A DNA stretch of 64,000 bases from assembly GCA_002269645.1 (NCBI GenBank), contig NIVC01000677.1, positions 186,001 to 250,000 of the forward strand. Reading direction: 5' to 3'. Position 1 is the stretch's first letter. Each line of letters starts with the position of its first letter. Made by a program: the position numbers and the translations under genes. Positions 58,239 to 64,000 of the stretch are shown piece after piece. Source of the DNA: Macrostomum lignano. Its lineage: Eukaryota. The notes beneath the pieces were generated by a model. It did no database searches, was not told the origin of the DNA, and was given only the letters and a program-made list of their open reading frames with translations.

Positions 58239-59369
58239 AATAGGTAGTTATTTAATTGTTATTGTCAACTATTTTCTTCTATATATCACTTCTAATAACT
58301 TTTATAAAAGTAAATCAATCATGTCATAGTTTTTACCTTTGCTTTGCTCAAAGGTAAAAATCTGGCATAAATATTCTAGCATATCTATTGTCTTCTTCAG
58401 TATGGCTAGGATATTACAATAGAATAAAAACAATTCTAATAAATAGATGTCATTGGTTTGATATCTAGTGCTTCATTAAAAATCAATTTGCTAATTATTG
58501 TTTTTGGCTACTATAGTTGACTATCATATTTTATAGACTTATAATAAGTTTTTTTTAAATGACTTCAAATTTTCTGACTATTGACTTTTTGTTTAGATCT
58601 TTTGTTTAGCTAGGCAGTGTTTTTACCAGAAAGTTGATACAAATTTGCATTAAAGTGCACTTTATGGATAAGAATTCTAAAGTCAAGATGCATAATTTTT
58701 CCTACAAAGATATATTAGAAATAGTTGTTTTTAGTTCTTGTAAAAAGGCACTGAATAGAAACATATTAAAAAACCAAAATGCTACCTTTTTATCTCAAAT
58801 TTCCCAAATCGGTTGTCATCATATTATTGTAATTAGCAAGTAGCAAAAACACTAGACTAATTATAAACATAAAGTACTCTGAAATGAAATGTCTCAAGTA
58901 GACAAAGTGACCTGGACAGAAAGTGTTCAAATTGCAATAACATTTTACATCTTGGTTTTTAAATCAGCTGGCATCAGTGATAAAAGTCACAATCTACCCT
59001 TTATTTTGCTAAGCCTCTGACTCCATGCTTATAGTACAGGTAGGATGGGATCCAGATCCTATCTGATCCCAAAAATGCTGATTTCATCGAGCCAACATTT
59101 ATGCTTATAAGTTAGATAGAGATCCTAATCCCACTCTTGAAATCCCAATAGTTATACAATCATCGATACTATTGAAATACTGATTGAAATTAAATATGAA
59201 TTACCAGAATATATGGCACTTATATATCATGTTGATGTGCTATGACACAGACACCTAGAGGGAATTGTATTCTTACATAATCCTGTTCATGCCGGCCGCA
59301 GTGCAGGCTAGAGCAGCTTTAATAAAGTACACAGCCTGCACCCTTGCTTTCACTCTGTAACCAGTCAGT

Positions 59370-62300
59370 ATGGCTATGCGCACCAACCTGCGACAGCAGT
59401 TGCTTAAAGAACAGGCTCAGCAGCAGCCTCAACAACAGCAGCCGCAGCAGCAGCAGCAGCAACCGCAGTTTGCCCGACCAGCATGGCCAGTCACTGCGCA
59501 ATCGGCAGCTCCTGTCAGTCTGGCTGGCGGCGCATCTTTCAGCCGTTTGGAAAACCCAACGCCCTATCACCTGGCCCAGCAGCAGCAGCAGCAGCAGCAG
59601 CTCAATCAGAGCACACCTAGCAGTGCCGCCGCCGCCTCCAGTCCGGTCGAGTCGCCTGAAAACTCGGCCGACTCAGCCGATTTACAATTGCCCAACGACA
59701 TGGACATGGACTTGGATATTAGCGATCTGTTGGGCGATGATAGCGACTTTGCTCATCTGTCTTCTACTGCACCCGTATGTACTCCTCGCTTGCTGTTTGT
59801 TCACCTTTGCATCGCTTCATTGATTTCATTCTGTTGTCTGCACTAGTGTGGTAGGGGGATGGTTCATGTGTCGCGGCAGTAAAGCTCAAGGATGATTTAG
59901 TATCACGGAAATTAACGTCAGCGATTATTGGGATCGCTGGAGTGAATCTTTGTGATGTCTGGGAAATATTGGGATCACGGGAAGTGTATATTGATTGGGA
60001 TCACGGGAAGTGTATATTGATTGGGATCACTGGAAGTGTATATTGATTAAGATCACGGGAAGTGTATATTGATTGGGATCACTGGAAGTGTATATTGATT
60101 GGGATCACGGAAAGTGAATACCTGATTTAGATTGGCATCACGGGAAGTGAATACCTGGGATAGATTGGGATCACGGGAAGTGAATACCTGGGATAGATTG
60201 GGATCACGGGAAGTGAATACCCGAGGTTGATGGGGGCCAGGGAATTTAATATCTGTGGGGGGTTCGGGAAGCGAAGTTAGTGTCATTTGAGATCATGAAC
60301 CCAGAGTCTCGGACTCAGAGAGTTTTTTGGAATCGCGAATACGGAAGTGAACAATTGAATCAAGCTGCTTCATCTCCCCCCCCCAGAATCCGGCTCACTT
60401 CCCGATCAGCTCCGGCCAGACATTCAGCGGTTTTACCGGCCTCCGCGACGGCGACGGCGACGGCAGCGACCCTCCATCGGTCATGGAAGCAAAGCCGTCG
60501 ACATCCGCGCCAGCGAGCACGCATCTGTTTCTGACCGGCGGGTCCCGGCTCTCCGCTCACCAGCTCCAGCAGCAGCAGCAGCAACAACAACAACAATCTT
60601 CGTTGGCGCCGGCCTCCCTGGGCTCGTCCGATTCCCGTGCCGCTTCGGTTGCCTCCTCGCTGGCCACCGCCGGCGGGCCGCCACGCGACCGGTCTAAGAA
60701 GGACTCGCACAACCGGATCGAGCGGAAGCGTCGAGAGAATATTAATCATCAGATTGCCGAGCTCGGCGAAATTCTGCCGAGGGGCTACTTTCAGGATAGG
60801 TGAGTTCATTTGATTGCATTCCGTTTTTTTGTCTAATGAGTAAGCTGTCGGCTTGTTGACACAACTTGACAAAAGTTGCTACTTTGATTCTGTTCACTGC
60901 GATTAGCTAATTTACATGTATATAATCAACAACAGTCATGTACAAATACTATTTTCTAGTCAAGCTCAAGGTTCTATGAGCCAAATTATCTATGGCCTGA
61001 TCCGTTTATGACCTAGGCTGTCCTTAACCCGATCTGTCAATGACCCAGGCTGTCTATGATCCAAGCTGGCTGTCTATGATTCAGGCTGTCTATGACCCGA
61101 TCTGTCTATGATCCAGGCTGTCTATGACCCGATCTGTCTATGATCCAGACTGTCTATGACCCGATCTGTCTATGATCCAGACTGTCTATGACCCGATCTG
61201 TCTATGATTCAGGCTGTCTATGACCCGATCTGTCTATGATCCAGGCTGTCTATGACCCGATCTGTCTATGATCCAGGCTGTCTATGACCCGATCTGTCTA
61301 TGATTCAGGCTGTCTATGACTCGATCTGTCTATGATCCAGGCTGTCTATGACCCGATCTGTCTATGATCCAGGCTGTCTATGACCCGATCTGTCTATGAT
61401 TCAGGCTGTCTATGACTCGATCTGTCTATGATTCAGGCTGTCTATGAAGCGTATCTGTCAATGATTCAGGCTGTCTATGAGCCGATCTGTCAAATGACCC
61501 AGGCTGTCTATGACCCGATCTGTCAAATGACCCAGGCTGTCTATGACCCGATCTGTCAAATGACCAAGGCTGTCTATGACCTGATCTGTCAAATGACCCA
61601 GGCTGTCTATGACCCGATCTGTCAAATGACCAAGGCTGTCTATGACCTGATCTGTCAAATGACCAAGGCTGTCTATGACCCGATATGCCTATGATGTGAT
61701 CTGTCTATTGCTGTATGTTAAGCGGGGCAAACTTAAAAGTTACTTTCGTAATTGACTAATTTTTTATACATTGCTGAAGACAACCGACTATGTTAAGTCC
61801 ATGCCAGAAGGGCGAGTCTCTCTTAGTATCTATAATAAATAACACAAGGAAAGCAGAGAGCCAGACAGTTCAGCATTCCGACAGTCTTGAAGCATAATAT
61901 CAAAGAGCCTGACTGTTTATGACCTCAGCTGTCTATGAGTTAAAGTAGTGTCTATGGCCTCAACTTTCTATGGCCAAGTGTCTATGACCCGAACTAATAA
62001 TAATTTGCCATCAAACAGTCCACCTCCAACACCAACCGACCCTTGAACCCTCCAGCGACTTGAAGAAGAACAAAGGAAACATCCTGAAGGCTTCGGTTGA
62101 CTATATCCGGGAACTACAGGCTGAACAGATGAAACTGTCGGATCGGGTGGCCCAGTCGGAGACGCGGGCGGAGAAACTGGACCAGCTGTCTCGGGCTCTG
62201 GCCATGCAGATTCAGGTCAGCTCACACTTATTGTGAAAGTCAGGCGTGTACTTTTACATTTGTCTTTGACCGCGATTGTTTAAATATGTATTATATTTGT

Positions 62301-63273
62301 TATATATTCTTAAGATATATTTGTTTTAACGTGACACCTCACTGATGTATCCATATTATCAGTGACACATGCAGCCATATTATCAGTGACACATGCAGCA
62401 TACAACACAGTGACACATGCAGCCATATTATCAGTGACACATGCAGCATACAGCCATATTGTCAGTGACACATGCAGCATACAGCCATATTGTCAGTGAC
62501 ACATGCAGCATACAGCCATATTGTCAGTGACACATGCAGCATACAGCCATATTGTCAGTGACACATGCAGCATACAGCCATATTATCAGTGACACATGCA
62601 GCATACAGCCATATTGTCAGTGACACATGCAGAATACAGCCATATTATCAGTGACACATGCAGCATACAGCCATATTATCAGTGACACATGCAGCATACA
62701 GCCATATTGTCAGTGACACATGCAGAATACAGCCATATTATCAGTGACACATGCAGCATACAGCCATATTGTCAGTGACACATGCAGCATACAACACAGT
62801 GACACATGCAGCATACAGCCATATTGTCAGTGACACATGCAGCATACAACACAGTGACACATGCAGCATACAGCCATATTGTCAGTGACACATGCAGCAT
62901 TCAGTGCTCCAGCAAGCTAACTGGCTAAGCTAATCTTGCCGCCCCTCCCCCACCCCATGCGCAGAACATGCAGCAGACCCTATCAACCCACGGAGTTCAG
63001 TACCAACAAGCCAACAGTCTAGACGAAGGCGTTGTTCACGGCCTCCTCAACTTCCTAGTGAGCTCGTCGCCGTCCTCGTCGACTCGCGTGAAAGCCGAGC
63101 CCACAACTGGCCTGCAGCAGCAGCAGCAACAGCCAGTGTCTGCAGAACTTGCTTCTAGCTCTGTTAGCACCGCCGCCGCTGTTGTCGACGCCACCGACTG
63201 TTTGGCGCTTGTCGACTCTGACCCGATGCTCGGCTTCTCCGATGCCAACAGTCCGCTGTTCTCCGACCAATAG
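59370..63273 (+). CDS. MITF: MiT/TFE-family bHLH-ZIP transcription factor (about 428 aa)
   Basis: Exons 59370-59774, 60387-60799, 62056-62215, 62965-63273 are in frame (1287 nt). MiT signatures RTNLRQQLLKEQ and RLENPTPYHL. bHLH KKDSHNRIERKRRENIN...NKGNILKASVDYIRELQ, followed by a zipper. Confidence 0.88.
59940..60230. repeat. About 26-bp minisatellite (TATTGATTGGGATCACGGGAAGTGTA) in MITF intron 1
   Basis: Tandem unit read directly. Confidence 0.9.
61005..61695. repeat. 32/33-bp minisatellite (TCTATGATCCAGGCTG-TCTATGACCCGATCTG; dimer of 16-mers) in MITF intron 2
   Basis: Tandem unit read directly; it shifts to a 33-bp variant in the 3' part. Confidence 0.93.
62350..62900. repeat. 31-bp minisatellite (CAGTGACACATGCAGCATACAGCCATATTGT), 19 core copies, in MITF intron 3
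   Basis: Tandem unit read and counted directly. Confidence 0.95.
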
Positions 63274-64000
63274 GAGGATTTTGATGTCCGCAAAGTGTCT
63301 CTTCAGACTGCTCGAAAATTACTCAGATTTGAGTCTCGCGTGCAAAAGAAGTGAAGGAAACCGCAATCTGTTTCTCTACCGCTCGGGCATTGTCTGTGCT
63401 CAGGTAGGTTTGTAAATATATATTTTTAAATATTGATTTCGTCTCCTAATTCTAAATCACCAAAATTATACTTTGCCAATGTTCTCGTTCAGCTGCCTAC
63501 TTATAGTAGCAGCAGTCTTAGAATTTGTACAGACAGTATTTTATCGCATATCGGTATGTATTTATTGTGGCTTGAGCTTGGCAAATCTATTAGATCTGTT
63601 GTGCACCTGTTTGGAAACAAAACCAACTGCTTTCTCTCGCAGAGATTAATCTCATTAAGCCCCATTTCGAATGTAGAAAATGCAATGCACCACTGTATGT
63701 TTTTACCTGCAGTTGGCGCTGCTCATTGCTGCTCATTTGTTATTCTTATCCAGCAATCCACAGTTTTTTGTGTTTATTGTCAATTTTTCTGTGTGTACAG
63801 TTGGTCAGAATTTGTAATTTCATTTTTAATAAAGCTTGCCTGACTCACTACATGATTTTGTACATTCTGTAAATATTGCGACTCGCTCACATGACAGCCA
63901 ACTTCTTTATCTAGCTCCAATATTAATCTGAGTTGAGATTTCTCTATCATTTATCCGTCACCTTTGCAATGCAGGTTTGTGCCTTTTTGGTCCTGTTTTT

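Overview
Eukaryotic (metazoan) genomic DNA with GT-AG introns, GC-rich exons, AT-rich spacers and many minisatellites and transposons. The style suggests a flatworm such as Macrostomum, which is an inference only. Host genes: (i) three 7-exon paralogs encoding a dynamin/mitofusin-like GTPase + helical region + protein kinase (DSTYK-like). A is on the minus strand and frameshifted, B is intact and head-to-head with A, and C is a pseudokinase in tandem behind B; (ii) a type I membrane C-type lectin; (iii) BLM RecQ helicase, whose first intron holds a telomere-like G-rich satellite and an intact Tc1 transposon; (iv) an MITF/TFE bHLH-ZIP gene with a minisatellite in each intron. Mobile DNA: a hAT remnant, two RTE-like LINE copies, a deleted mariner, several MITEs, two tRNA-derived SINE families, and a full-length single-ORF Ingi-like LINE nested in an RTE copy with a 12-bp TSD. 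The strongest leads are the GTPase-kinase / GTPase-pseudokinase cluster, with a 355-bp exon homogenised between the inverted copies, and the Ingi-like polyprotein, which has a ubiquitin-tail mimic (LHRVLRLRGG) just before its endonuclease and a PHD finger inserted inside the endonuclease. All exon models and motif calls were made by eye.
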